Of a stretch of DNA of 39,854 nt, positions 17,105-24,795 are shown in pieces (position 1 is the stretch's first letter; every line of letters starts with the position of its first letter). A model generated the notes under the pieces. The model was given only the letters and a program-made list of their open reading frames with translations. It searched no databases and had not been told where the DNA came from. The stretch covers positions 1 to 39,854 of the forward strand of contig JBJTBI010000048.1 of the NCBI GenBank assembly GCA_046091265.1, given 5' to 3'. The stretch is from a bacterium (GTDB lineage Bacteria > Actinomycetota > Thermoleophilia > Solirubrobacterales > 70-9). The translations under genes and the position numbers were made by a program.

Positions 17105-17802
17105 ACCGCCACGAGAAAGAGGAGTACCTCCGCGAGTATGAGCAACTGAAGAAGAAGGGGAAGCCCTTCTTCCCCTATGCGATCGCCAAGGATGGCGTCA
17201 TGTTCGTCCTGGTCGCTCTGGTAATCGTCGTCATGTCGTTGATGCTCGGTGCCGAGCAGGGACCGAAGGCGGATCCGACCACCACCAGTTACGTACCCCG
17301 GCCTGAGTGGTACTTCTTCTTCCTCTTCGAGTTGCTCAAGGTTCTGAAGCCGCCATGGTTGACGCCGGTCGCGACGATCGGGATCCCGACCCTCTGCATG
17401 GTCCTGCTGCTACTGCTGCCGTTCTACGACCGCAACCCCGAGCGGCGCCTGACCCGGCGACCGATCGCAGCTATCAGCGGGTTCTTCGTGATCATTGCGA
17501 TGGCGTACCTGACCTTCCTCGGCGCCAACGCAGGTTCGCCGACTGAGATCGAAGCGAAGGTTCCACCGTCTCTCGAGAAAGGCAAGTTGGTCACCGCTCA
17601 GTCAGGTTGCCTTGCATGCCACCAGATCGGGGAGAACGGGAACCATGGTCCCGGACCTGAATTGACCGAGATCGGACTGCGTCTTCCTCGGGCCACGATC
17701 GCCCGGTCCCTCTACATCGGGCCCGGCATCATGCCTTCTTATGCGGGTTTGCCGAAGAAGAAGCTCGATGCTCTGACCGAATATCTGGCGTCGCTTCGAT
17801 AG
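17101..17802 (+). CDS. qcrC: Cytochrome b subunit IV fused to a mono-heme cytochrome c (Bacillus QcrC type)
   Basis: ATG 17101 overlaps the qcrB stop (ATGA). The N-terminal half has 3 TM segments with the PEWYFFFLFELLK motif (subunit IV PEWY). The C-terminal part has CLACH heme-c binding and GPGIMPSY (Met ligand). The ORF-track start at 16669 is rejected. Confidence 0.87.
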   Translation: MNRHEKEEYLREYEQLKKKGKPFFPYAIAKDGVMFVLVALVIVVMSLMLGAEQGPKADPTTTSYVPRPEWYFFFLFELLKVLKPPWLTPVATIGIPTLCMVLLLLLPFYDRNPERRLTRRPIAAISGFFVIIAMAYLTFLGANAGSPTEIEAKVPPSLEKGKLVTAQSGCLACHQIGENGNHGPGPELTEIGLRLPRATIARSLYIGPGIMPSYAGLPKKKLDALTEYLASLR

Positions 17803-17823
17803 CGCCGGTAGCGAGGTTCGAGC

Positions 17824-18585
17824 GTGACGCCTGAGGCCACCTCATCATCGGGAGGCCGGCCATCGCGCGATTCGGCCGAGTTCGCCGACGAGGTCCGTGG
17901 CATGTTCGATCGCATCTCAGGGGTCTACGACCTGATGAATTCCGCGATGACCGCCGGACTCCACCACGAGTGGCGAGATCGCGCGGTCGAATTGAGCAGG
18001 GTTCAGCCTGGCTCGGATGCGCTGGATCTCTGCACCGGGACCGGAGACATCGCGCTCGCTCTGCGTGAGCGGATCGGGCCGGACGGCCGGGTGGTCGGAG
18101 TCGACTTCTCTGAGCCGATGCTGGAGAAGGCCCGTGAGAAGGGCGGCGAGCGTGGACTGGGGGTCGAGTTCTCCTGGGCTGACGCGCTAGAGCTTCCTTT
18201 CGCCGACGCGAGCTTCGACGCTGTCACCATCGGATTCGGAGCTCGGAACCTGGCCGATCTCGACAAGGGCATCGCCGAGATGGCTCGTGTGCTGCGTCCG
18301 GGAGGGAGGTTGGTGATCCTCGAGATAACCCGTCCGGTCCGCGAGCCGATGGCGAGCTTCTTCGGTCTCTGGGACGATCGAGCCGTTCCAGCCCTGGGAC
18401 AGGTCGCCGGTGATCCCGATGCCTACACGTATCTCCCGGAGTCGGTGAAGACCTTCCCGGATCCGCGGACCCTCGCTGGCAAACTCGACGCCGCCGGCTT
18501 CGAGGACATCCGCTGGGTCTTGGTCGCAGGAGGGATAATCGCGCTGCACTCGGCAACTCGCTCAGGCCCGACCTCTGCCTCTTGA
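17824..18585 (+). CDS. menG: Demethylmenaquinone methyltransferase (UbiE/MenG family)
   Basis: FDRISGVYDLMNSAMTAGLHHEWR and the SAM motif LDLCTGTGD. Also LRPGGRLVILE and YTYLPESV. Confidence 0.9.
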   Translation: MTPEATSSSGGRPSRDSAEFADEVRGMFDRISGVYDLMNSAMTAGLHHEWRDRAVELSRVQPGSDALDLCTGTGDIALALRERIGPDGRVVGVDFSEPMLEKAREKGGERGLGVEFSWADALELPFADASFDAVTIGFGARNLADLDKGIAEMARVLRPGGRLVILEITRPVREPMASFFGLWDDRAVPALGQVAGDPDAYTYLPESVKTFPDPRTLAGKLDAAGFEDIRWVLVAGGIIALHSATRSGPTSAS

Positions 18586-19565
18586 GCCGCCAGTCCGCAA
18601 TACCAGCGCCGGTGACCGCGGCGATGGACGCTGCCGATCCCTGGCTCCCCCGTGCGCTCGGCCGAGTCGAGGAGCGTCTTGCTGAATTGGCGTCGGGACA
18701 CGGGTCGAGGGTTGGTGAGGACGCCGAAGCCACGCTGCGGGCGGGCGGCAAGAGGCTCCGACCCCTCTTGGTGCTCCTCTGCGCTGGACCGCAGGCCGAT
18801 GATCGAGCTGTAGCGGCAGCGACGGCGGTGGAGTTGATCCACATGGCAACTCTCGTCCATGACGATGTGCTCGATTCAGCCCCCGTTCGGCGTGGACAGC
18901 CGACCGTCCTTGCGAGATCCGGCCGCGATCGGGCGACGGCGGTAGGCGACTTCCTCTTGTCGAGGGCATTCGCCGAGCTCGCGGCGGTCGACGATCAGGA
19001 AGCGATCCATACGCTGGCTGCCGCCTCTACATCTCTCGCACGGGGAGAGCTGGCACAGCGTGAGGGTGCATACGATCTCGGTCTCAGCGAGCACGATTAT
19101 TTCCACCGATGCTCGTTGAAGACCGCTCGACTGTTCGAGGCCTCGTGTCGGGTCGGGAAGCGGTCCACGTCCGAGATCGGCGTCGCGGAGCTTGCGGAGT
19201 TCGGATCCCGTATCGGCCTCGCCTTCCAACTTCTCGACGATGTGCTCGATGTCGTCGGTCCTCCCGAGCGGACCGGCAAGGCGATCGGCACCGATTTGCT
19301 CGACGGCACGGTGACATTGCCGTTGATCTGGGCGCGGGAGATCGATCCCGAGATCGCCGCAGACGGTCTCGAGGGGCTCGATGAGGAGTCAGCCGCCACG
19401 ATCTGCCAGCGGATCGTGGCGACCCGCGCAACCGACCGGGTCCGAGCGAGGGCTCGGGAGGAGATCGACGCCGCGAAGGCCACGCTTGGCTCGGCTGGGC
19501 TCGACCCCGAGGAGGTCAGACTGTTCTCGATGATCGCCGACGGCGTCGTCGAGCGCTACTCCTAG
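18582..19565 (+). CDS. hepT: Polyprenyl diphosphate synthase, catalytic subunit (HepT/IspB-like; chain length not determinable)
   Basis: First DDxxD context LIHMATLVHDDVLD. Second motif FQLLDDVLD. TTGA overlap with the menG stop. Confidence 0.85.
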   Translation: MSRQSAIPAPVTAAMDAADPWLPRALGRVEERLAELASGHGSRVGEDAEATLRAGGKRLRPLLVLLCAGPQADDRAVAAATAVELIHMATLVHDDVLDSAPVRRGQPTVLARSGRDRATAVGDFLLSRAFAELAAVDDQEAIHTLAAASTSLARGELAQREGAYDLGLSEHDYFHRCSLKTARLFEASCRVGKRSTSEIGVAELAEFGSRIGLAFQLLDDVLDVVGPPERTGKAIGTDLLDGTVTLPLIWAREIDPEIAADGLEGLDEESAATICQRIVATRATDRVRARAREEIDAAKATLGSAGLDPEEVRLFSMIADGVVERYS

Positions 19566-19606
19566 CCGATCTTGCCTACGTGCCCTCCTTCCACCTCATC
19601 GGTGAA

Positions 19607-19612
19607 TAGACT
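19607..19612 (+). promoter_or_regulatory. Putative -10 hexamer (TAGACT) for leaderless dcd
   Basis: TAGACT, then 6 nt, then ATG 19619. No SD. Confidence 0.45.
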
Positions 19613-19618
19613 CGCGCC

Positions 19619-20185
19619 ATGGTTCTGAGTGATCGGACGATCAAGCAGGAAATCGAGGCCGGCCGCCTGGTGATCGATCCTTACGACGAGTCGTTGGTGC
19701 AGCCCTCGAGTTACGACGTCAGGGTGGACAGGAGTTTTCGGGTCTTCCACAACTCCCGGTATCCATACATAGACGTCCAGAAACCGACCGACGATCTCAC
19801 CGAGAAGGTCGAGATCTCCGATGACGAGCCGTTCGTGCTTCACCCCGGCGAGTTCGTTCTCGGACAGACACTCGAGCGGGTGAGGCTCCCCGATGATCTC
19901 GTGTCCCGCCTGGAGGGGAAGAGTTCACTGGGCCGGCTCGGACTGGTCATCCACTCGACTGCGGGGTTCGTCGATCCAGGCTTCGAAGGAAACATCACCC
20001 TGGAGCTCTCCAACCTCGCGAACCTCCCTATAACCATCTATCACGGGATGCCGATAGGCCAGATGTCGTTCATGCGCATGGATCAGCCGGTCGAACATCC
20101 ATATGGCAGCGGTGAGATGGGCTCGAAGTATCAGGGCCAGGGCGAGCCCACGCCCAGCAGGTTCCACCTCAATTTCGATCGCTAG
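19619..20185 (+). CDS. dcd: dCTP deaminase (possibly bifunctional dCTP deaminase/dUTPase)
   Basis: 188 aa. [40 protein letters not shown] and [13 protein letters not shown]. Confidence 0.92.
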   Translation: MVLSDRTIKQEIEAGRLVIDPYDESLVQPSSYDVRVDRSFRVFHNSRYPYIDVQKPTDDLTEKVEISDDEPFVLHPGEFVLGQTLERVRLPDDLVSRLEGKSSLGRLGLVIHSTAGFVDPGFEGNITLELSNLANLPITIYHGMPIGQMSFMRMDQPVEHPYGSGEMGSKYQGQGEPTPSRFHLNFDR

Positions 20186-20241
20186 GCGCCCGCACCCGCT
20201 CTATGGGTGAGGTCCTGTCACGCAGGGACGTATGACCACGC

Positions 20242-20247
20242 TACGAT
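20242..20247 (+). promoter_or_regulatory. Putative -10 hexamer (TACGAT) for leaderless tatA
   Basis: TACGAT, then 6 nt, then ATG 20254. No SD. Confidence 0.45.
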
Positions 20248-20253
20248 TGACTC

Positions 20254-20514
20254 ATGCCCAACATCGGACCGCTCGAAATCGCGATCGTGCTGATCATCGT
20301 CCTGATCATCTTCGGGCCGAAACGTCTGCCTGAACTCGGCCGCTCGATGGGCCGAGTCATCCGGGAGTTCCGCAGTTCGGTGACAGGGAAGAACCGTGAG
20401 GAATCTCCGGGCAGCCCGGAGAGCCGTGAACTCGCAGGTACGTCGGGCTCAGGGGATCCAGCCCCGGACGATGAGCCCGTGCAGGGCGAAGTCGTCTCCG
20501 ACAAGAAGTCCTGA
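20254..20514 (+). CDS. tatA: Twin-arginine translocase subunit TatA/E
   Basis: 86 aa. IGPLEIAIVLIIVLIIFGPKRLPELGRSMG is the canonical TM segment plus amphipathic helix. Confidence 0.9.
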   Translation: MPNIGPLEIAIVLIIVLIIFGPKRLPELGRSMGRVIREFRSSVTGKNREESPGSPESRELAGTSGSGDPAPDDEPVQGEVVSDKKS

Positions 20515-21287
20515 TGCCGAAGATCAAGCCGGCATCACCGGACGACCAGTTCACGCTGGTCGAGCATCTGGACGAACTGCGCTTTCGTCTCATCGTCTGT
20601 ATAGCCGTGTTCGTCGTCGCGCTCGGACTGTGCATCTGGCAGAGCGATCTCGTGCTGGAGATAGCCAACCGTCCCCTGCCCGACGGTTTCCAGCCCATCA
20701 CCTTCGCCGTCGGTGAGCCATTCATCACCACGATCACCGTTGCCGCCTATGCGGCTCTGGTGATCAGCATCCCGGTGATCCTCTACCAGACCTATGCCTT
20801 CATACTCCCCGCGCTCACTCCACGCGAGCGCCACGTGGCGAAACCCATGGTCGTCCTGATTCCGGTTCTTTTCCTTGCCGGAGTCGCTTTCGCCTACTTC
20901 GCGGTGATGCCCGCAGCCACCAAGTTCCTGCTCGGCTTCAACGCGACGGAATTCAAGATCGAGGTGCGGGCCAAGGACTACTACTCCTTCTTCGGCCTCA
21001 CCCTCCTCTCGCTCGGCGTCCTGTTCCAGGTGCCGGTCGTGATCCTCGCCCTGACCCGTCTGGGCGTGACCACGCCGGACATGCTGGCGCGCTATCGCCG
21101 GTATGCGGTCCTGGTGATCGCAGTGATCGCAATGCTCCTTCCAGGCACCGATCCGGTCACGATGCTGATCTCGATGGTGCCCCTCTACCTGCTCTACGAG
21201 GGCAGCATCCTCCTCGCCCGTGTTGCCGGCAGCCCCGAGCCGGAAAAAGCGAATGACCCCCCGACAGCGACACCCGACCCCGGCTAG
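20514..21287 (+). CDS. tatC: Twin-arginine translocase subunit TatC
   Basis: 257 aa with 6 TM segments. LVEHLDELRFRLI at the N-terminus, and YAFILPALTPRER. The ATG shares 1 nt with the tatA stop. Confidence 0.93.
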   Translation: MPKIKPASPDDQFTLVEHLDELRFRLIVCIAVFVVALGLCIWQSDLVLEIANRPLPDGFQPITFAVGEPFITTITVAAYAALVISIPVILYQTYAFILPALTPRERHVAKPMVVLIPVLFLAGVAFAYFAVMPAATKFLLGFNATEFKIEVRAKDYYSFFGLTLLSLGVLFQVPVVILALTRLGVTTPDMLARYRRYAVLVIAVIAMLLPGTDPVTMLISMVPLYLLYEGSILLARVAGSPEPEKANDPPTATPDPG

Positions 21288-21296
21288 CCTTAGGCG

Positions 21297-22103
21297 ATGC
21301 TCTTCGATCTACAGAGTCCAGGCAGACGCGCCGCGATCAAGGTCATCTACTCGACTCTCGCGATTCTGCTCGGCGGCGGTTTGCTCTTCTTCGGAATCGG
21401 CTCGGACGCCACTGGCGGTCTGCTGGATGCGCTGGGACTGCGAGACAGCGAGCAGGACAGCAGCGAGATCTATGCCAAGGAGATCCAGACCGCGCAGGCC
21501 GCCTTGAAGACCAACCCCGACAACGAGGCAGCCCGGCTCGATCTCGTCAGCCTCGACATCCAGCGTGGAAACCAGCAACTCGAGGTCGACTCTCAGACCG
21601 GGCAGTCCACCGCCACCCCTGAAGCATCCACCTCCTACAACCTCGCTGCGGACCAATGGGACCTCTACCTGAAAGGGAATCCCAAGAAGCCGGACTCCGG
21701 CCTCGCGCTCCAGCTCGCCAACAGTTTCTTCTTGATGGCACAGTCTTCCTCCACCGCAGCCGACGCAAGGATCGATGTGGAGAACGCAGCGGAGGCTCAA
21801 GAGGTCGCGGTCGACCAGAACCCGACCGTCGGCAATCTGAACAACCTCGCTGTCTACCTGTTCTACGCCGGTGACTTCGCAGCCGCCCAGCGCACCGTTT
21901 CCCAAGCCCTCGCGAAGGCCCCCGCTGGTGATCGAAAGGAGCTGAGCAAACAGTTCGATCAGGTGGAGAAGTCCGCGAAGGCATTCGAGAAGCAGGTGGT
22001 CACCGAGTCGAAGGCTCACGCTCAAGCAGGCGGCTCCGACGCCGGTGGCTCGAATCCGCTGAGTGGTGGTGGCTTCGGCGGATCCCCGCTGGGCACTCCC
22101 TGA
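21297..22103 (+). CDS. Membrane-anchored hypothetical protein with helical (TPR-like) ectodomain and Gly-rich tail
   Basis: 268 aa. N-terminal anchor IKVIYSTLAILLGGGLLFFGI. Helical repeat-like segments (AQAALKTNPDNEAARLDL). TAGCCT lies 6 nt upstream of the ATG. No family recognised. Confidence 0.55.
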   Translation: MLFDLQSPGRRAAIKVIYSTLAILLGGGLLFFGIGSDATGGLLDALGLRDSEQDSSEIYAKEIQTAQAALKTNPDNEAARLDLVSLDIQRGNQQLEVDSQTGQSTATPEASTSYNLAADQWDLYLKGNPKKPDSGLALQLANSFFLMAQSSSTAADARIDVENAAEAQEVAVDQNPTVGNLNNLAVYLFYAGDFAAAQRTVSQALAKAPAGDRKELSKQFDQVEKSAKAFEKQVVTESKAHAQAGGSDAGGSNPLSGGGFGGSPLGTP

Positions 22104-22127
22104 TCCCTGCCGTTACCGAGCGCTACC

Positions 22128-22133
22128 TATAAT
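22128..22133 (+). promoter_or_regulatory. Putative -10 hexamer (TATAAT) driving tRNA-Lys, and probably crcB
   Basis: Perfect TATAAT 42 nt upstream of the mature tRNA 5' end. It is the only consensus-grade -10 in the 72-nt spacer. Confidence 0.5.
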
Positions 22134-22175
22134 CCCCACCCGTGTGATTCCCGGAGCGTCGGGAAACCAGCACAG

Positions 22176-22248
22176 GGGCCGTTAGCTCAGTTGGTAGAGC
22201 AGGAGACTCTTAATCTCAAGGTCGAAGGTTCGAATCCTTCACGGCCCA
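22176..22248 (+). tRNA. tRNA-Lys (anticodon CUU)
   Basis: 73 nt. Acceptor GGGCCGT/ACGGCCC, D-arm AGCTCAGTTGGTAGAGC, anticodon CTT at 22209-22211 (tRNA positions 34-36), T-arm GAAGGTTCGAATCCTTC. CCA is not encoded. Confidence 0.9.
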
Positions 22249-22252
22249 CTCG

Positions 22253-22615
22253 ATGACCCTCCTCTTGGTGATCACGGCAGGCGCCGCGGGAGTCGCCGCG
22301 AGATACGGCCTCTCCAACCTGTTCCACGCCGCCGCGCTTCCCTGGGTCACGGTGGCAATCAACGTTGCGGGTTCCTTCCTGCTCGGCGCTCTGGTGGTCC
22401 TGCCTAACGACTGGATTGGCGAACAGGCCCGTGTCGCAGTTGGGGTGGGTCTCCTCGGGGGGTTCACCACCTTCTCCACGTTCTCGGTACAGGCCCTGCT
22501 CGACCTCGAATCCGGAGAGCCTGGGAGGGCTCTCGCCTACATGACCGCCTCCGTCATCGGAGGACTCGCCGCCGCTGCCTGTGGCTACTATGGCGCGCGT
22601 TGGTTGACTGCCTGA
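22253..22615 (+). CDS. crcB: Fluoride ion channel CrcB/FluC
   Basis: 120 aa with 4 TM segments. GAAGVAARY at the N-terminus and the signature GLLGGFTTFSTFS. The ATG lies 4 nt after the tRNA-Lys discriminator base. Confidence 0.88.
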   Translation: MTLLLVITAGAAGVAARYGLSNLFHAAALPWVTVAINVAGSFLLGALVVLPNDWIGEQARVAVGVGLLGGFTTFSTFSVQALLDLESGEPGRALAYMTASVIGGLAAAACGYYGARWLTA

Positions 22616-22631
22616 CCGGATGTTCCGCGTC

Positions 22632-22637
22632 TAGACT
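22632..22637 (+). promoter_or_regulatory. Putative -10 hexamer (TAGACT) for the leaderless PLC-like gene
   Basis: TAGACT, then 7 nt, then ATG 22645. Confidence 0.4.
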
Positions 22638-22644
22638 GTGTCGC

Positions 22645-23643
22645 ATGGTGGGGATCGAGCGAGTTCTGCATCGGCCGGGAAATCGGCTCATCTGGTTCGT
22701 CGCCGTCTGTTCCACCGTCCTCGGGTTCTGTTCGATCATCTCGGCCGGAGCAGCAGAAGCGAAGAAGCCCCTTCCGTGTAACGGGTCGCCCAAGCTCTGT
22801 GGACGCAGCCTCGACCGAGTGGTGCTCGTCGGGACTCACAACTCGATGTCAGCCTCTCAGGCAGGCTTCGGTCTCCCCAATCAGACCTTCGCAATCCCCG
22901 ATCAGCTGAAGCGCGGAGCGAGAGCCTTTCTCCTCGACACCCACTACGGCAGACCCGCGCCGAACGTACTGAATCCGAACGGTGTGGACTCGGTAGAGGA
23001 TCCCTCAGCGTTTGCCGACACCTCGACCTACCTGTGTCACGTCCTCTGTCAGTTCGGAGCGACGAAACTCACCTCAGGCCTGCGCTACTTCACGAACTTC
23101 CTGCGCAGGCACCCGCGCGAGGTGGTCGTGTTGATCAACGAGGACTACATCGCTCCGGATGACTTCGCCACAGCTGTTCGCGCGAGTGGCTTGTCGAGGT
23201 ACGTGTACACCGGAGGCACCAGCCGCTGGCCGACCCTCGGGTCGATGATCAGATCAGGACGTCGCGTCGTCGTGTTCGCTCAGAGCGACGTAGGTGACAT
23301 TTCGTGGTATCACCTTGCGTACTCGGGTCTGATGCGAGAGACGGACTGGAGCTTCGAGCTGCCCTCCGAGCTCCTCGATCCGGAATCTCTCTCCTCCAGC
23401 TGCGCGGCTCGACGCGGTGGGGACGGGGGGAATCTCTTCCTGATGAACCACTGGATATCCCGCGATGTGTTTCCTCCAATACCTAGCATCGAGGATGCCG
23501 CACTCGTCAACACCCATTCCGCGCTGGTCGCGAGAGCCAGGGCATGTCGGACGGTGCGCGGCAGGCTGCCGAACATCTTGGCGGTAGATTTCCTCGGTAC
23601 CGGCGACGCGATCGGGGCCGCGAGGGAGTTGAACGGCCTCTAA
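22645..23643 (+). CDS. Secreted PLC-like phosphodiesterase (PI-PLC X-domain-like TIM barrel)
   Basis: Signal peptide MVGIERVLHRPGNRLIWFVAVCSTVLGFCSIISAGAAEA. VLVGTHNSMS matches the catalytic GxHNS motif of PI-PLC-like enzymes. Start moved to ATG 22645. The family call is tentative. Confidence 0.6.
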   Translation: MVGIERVLHRPGNRLIWFVAVCSTVLGFCSIISAGAAEAKKPLPCNGSPKLCGRSLDRVVLVGTHNSMSASQAGFGLPNQTFAIPDQLKRGARAFLLDTHYGRPAPNVLNPNGVDSVEDPSAFADTSTYLCHVLCQFGATKLTSGLRYFTNFLRRHPREVVVLINEDYIAPDDFATAVRASGLSRYVYTGGTSRWPTLGSMIRSGRRVVVFAQSDVGDISWYHLAYSGLMRETDWSFELPSELLDPESLSSSCAARRGGDGGNLFLMNHWISRDVFPPIPSIEDAALVNTHSALVARARACRTVRGRLPNILAVDFLGTGDAIGAARELNGL

Positions 23644-23661
23644 GGCAGCTCGGATCCAGGC

Positions 23662-24735
23662 TCAGGGCTGGATCTTGCGGAACCAGGCGTCCACAGCCGG
23701 TTCGGCCGAGACCCGAGGGGTGCTCGTCTGGTTGCCTCCGGTGACCCCGTTGGCAAGGCCAACGAGGATGTCGCCTTCGGCGTTCTCGAACGGAGGCGCG
23801 TACCGGTTGGCGCAGAAGGCCTGAGAGCGGGGCAGACGCTTGATCTTCGCGGGACCGGGGTTGTCGATGGCGTCCTGGATTGCGGCGAATGTGACCGAGT
23901 CGAGCGCTGTACCGATGTGTGAGACCGTCCTGCCTCTGCAGATATCCTGGATCAGGATGTTCGTGGCCCCTTGCAGCGCTGAAGAAGAGGTCTTGGCGTT
24001 CTTGGTCACCGGCCTGACGGTCTGATCGCTGAGCGAGCGGATAGTGGTCCAGCCAACGCTTTTGCCGGGTGTCTCGTCTCGCTGTGAGTTGAGCGCACGG
24101 AGCAGCTTCGAGCCTTTCTTCTGCTGCCAACCAGCAGGCGGACACGGCGCAGAAGCGGTGCAGGTGCTCCCGATAACGTTCGTCCCGTGATGCGTCCCGG
24201 CAGCTCCGATCACGTCCGTGACCTTGGTCCGCAGATCCTTCCAGTAGGTCAGGGCGATCCTCGGAAGCAGAGCACCCTGACTGATGCCGAACACGGCGAC
24301 CTTGCGGCCAGCCATCGCATATGTCTGGCGAATCGCGTAGACCAGATACTGGACCGAGATCTGGATGTCTCCGGTGGTGTTGTAGCCCTGGGTGACGCCG
24401 TCGGCGGGCTGATCGGGGAAATTGGTCCAGCAAACGGTCCTTCCCTCGAGGTCGAAGGCATCCTTGCCGATCGCGTAGGCGGCATCCCCGGAAGCCCCGG
24501 TACCGGTCACGAACACCAGCGGTGCACGGGTGTCACCTACGAAATCCGCTGCTCCGGTCAGGTCCCCGGCCTCCGTGTGTCGCTCGCACTTGAACTGCGA
24601 CGCGAGTTCCTCCTGCGACACGGAGTTGGGCGGAGCGGTCGCCGAGCGGGACGCGGTGGACTCACCGGCGATCACCAGAGCCACGAGGACGGAGAGAATA
24701 GAAGCCGCTGCGGCTATGGCGAGTCGCCCCCGCAT
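23662..24735 (-). CDS. Secreted alpha/beta-hydrolase lipase/esterase, Candida antarctica lipase B (CalB)-like
   Basis: Signal peptide MRGRLAIAAAASILSVLVALVIAG. Nucleophile elbow GISQG. Blocks align by eye to CalB as I recall it: PLVFVTGTGASG/PILLVPGTGTTG, GWQQKKGSKLLRAL/VWQQTTGSALTTAL, SDQTVRP/TDEIVQP, VSHIG/IDHAG. Confidence 0.7.
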   Translation of the reverse strand: MRGRLAIAAAASILSVLVALVIAGESTASRSATAPPNSVSQEELASQFKCERHTEAGDLTGAADFVGDTRAPLVFVTGTGASGDAAYAIGKDAFDLEGRTVCWTNFPDQPADGVTQGYNTTGDIQISVQYLVYAIRQTYAMAGRKVAVFGISQGALLPRIALTYWKDLRTKVTDVIGAAGTHHGTNVIGSTCTASAPCPPAGWQQKKGSKLLRALNSQRDETPGKSVGWTTIRSLSDQTVRPVTKNAKTSSSALQGATNILIQDICRGRTVSHIGTALDSVTFAAIQDAIDNPGPAKIKRLPRSQAFCANRYAPPFENAEGDILVGLANGVTGGNQTSTPRVSAEPAVDAWFRKIQP

Positions 24736-24795
24736 CAGATGTACCGCTCCCTGCACCCTCGGAACCGTATCAGCGCCCGAGGTAGCGCGCTGGAT

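Noticed and set aside
22104-22252. A possible fluoride (crcB-motif) riboswitch upstream of crcB.
   Set aside because: The space is fully occupied by a promoter-like element and a canonical tRNA-Lys. Only 4 nt separate the tRNA from the ATG, so no riboswitch can fit.
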